Shown here piece after piece: positions 63,825-64,000 of a DNA stretch of 64,000 nucleotides. Numbering within the stretch: the stretch's first letter is position 1; the number at the start of each line of letters is the position of its first letter. The notes under the pieces are model-generated. The model searched no databases. It had not been told where the DNA came from and saw only the letters and a program-made list of their open reading frames with translations. A program made the position numbers and the translations under genes. The DNA comes from Podarcis gaigeae (lineage: Eukaryota): NCBI GenBank assembly GCA_964106915.2, contig OZ066916.1, one strand, 5' to 3'.

Positions 63825-64000
63825 TCAAAACAAAAAACATTCCTTCCAGTAGCACCTTAAAGACCAACTAAGTTAGTTCTTGGTATGAGCTTTCGTGTGC
63901 ATGCACGTCTGAAGAAGTGTGCATGCACACGAAAGCTCATACCAAGAACTAACTTAGTTGGTCTTTAAGGTGCTACTGGAAGGAATTTTTTTTGTTTTGA
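63825..64000. mobile_element. Penelope-like element inverted terminal repeat (runs off the window)
   Basis: Perfect 68-bp inverted arms 63839-63906 and 63919-63986 around a 12-nt spacer; same family as 18872-19012. Confidence 0.85.
63907..63942 (+). ncRNA. Minimal hammerhead ribozyme motif of Penelope type (stem I weakened)
   Basis: CUGAAGA-A-[GUGUGC AU GCACAC stem II]-GAAA-GCUC-AUAC: both catalytic boxes and palindromic AGCU in place of stem III. Confidence 0.65.

Overview
AT-rich vertebrate genomic DNA, most likely from a lacertid lizard (inferred from the Sauria SINE, Bov-B, Penelope, L2/CR1 and MITE repertoire). The whole window lies inside one + strand gene, STXBP5 (tomosyn-1). I recovered 19 GT-AG coding exons, equivalent to human exons ~6-24, that splice into one open frame from ...SSKSHPGPVVH... 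to ...ANGHIMTF. The gene start and the C-terminal R-SNARE exons lie outside the window. The introns carry many transposon remnants. The main finding is in the hypervariable region (41.5-53 kb): an extra 84-nt frame-preserving cassette exon resembles an alternative exon of the paralogue STXBP5L (tomosyn-2) and is not in the canonical b/m/s tomosyn-1 isoforms as I recall them. Nearby are a NAGNAG acceptor, a candidate poison exon and a candidate intronic terminal exon. At the right edge is a Penelope-like inverted repeat containing a minimal hammerhead ribozyme core. Exon numbers and comparisons with mammalian proteins and repeat consensuses come from memory, not from a database search.
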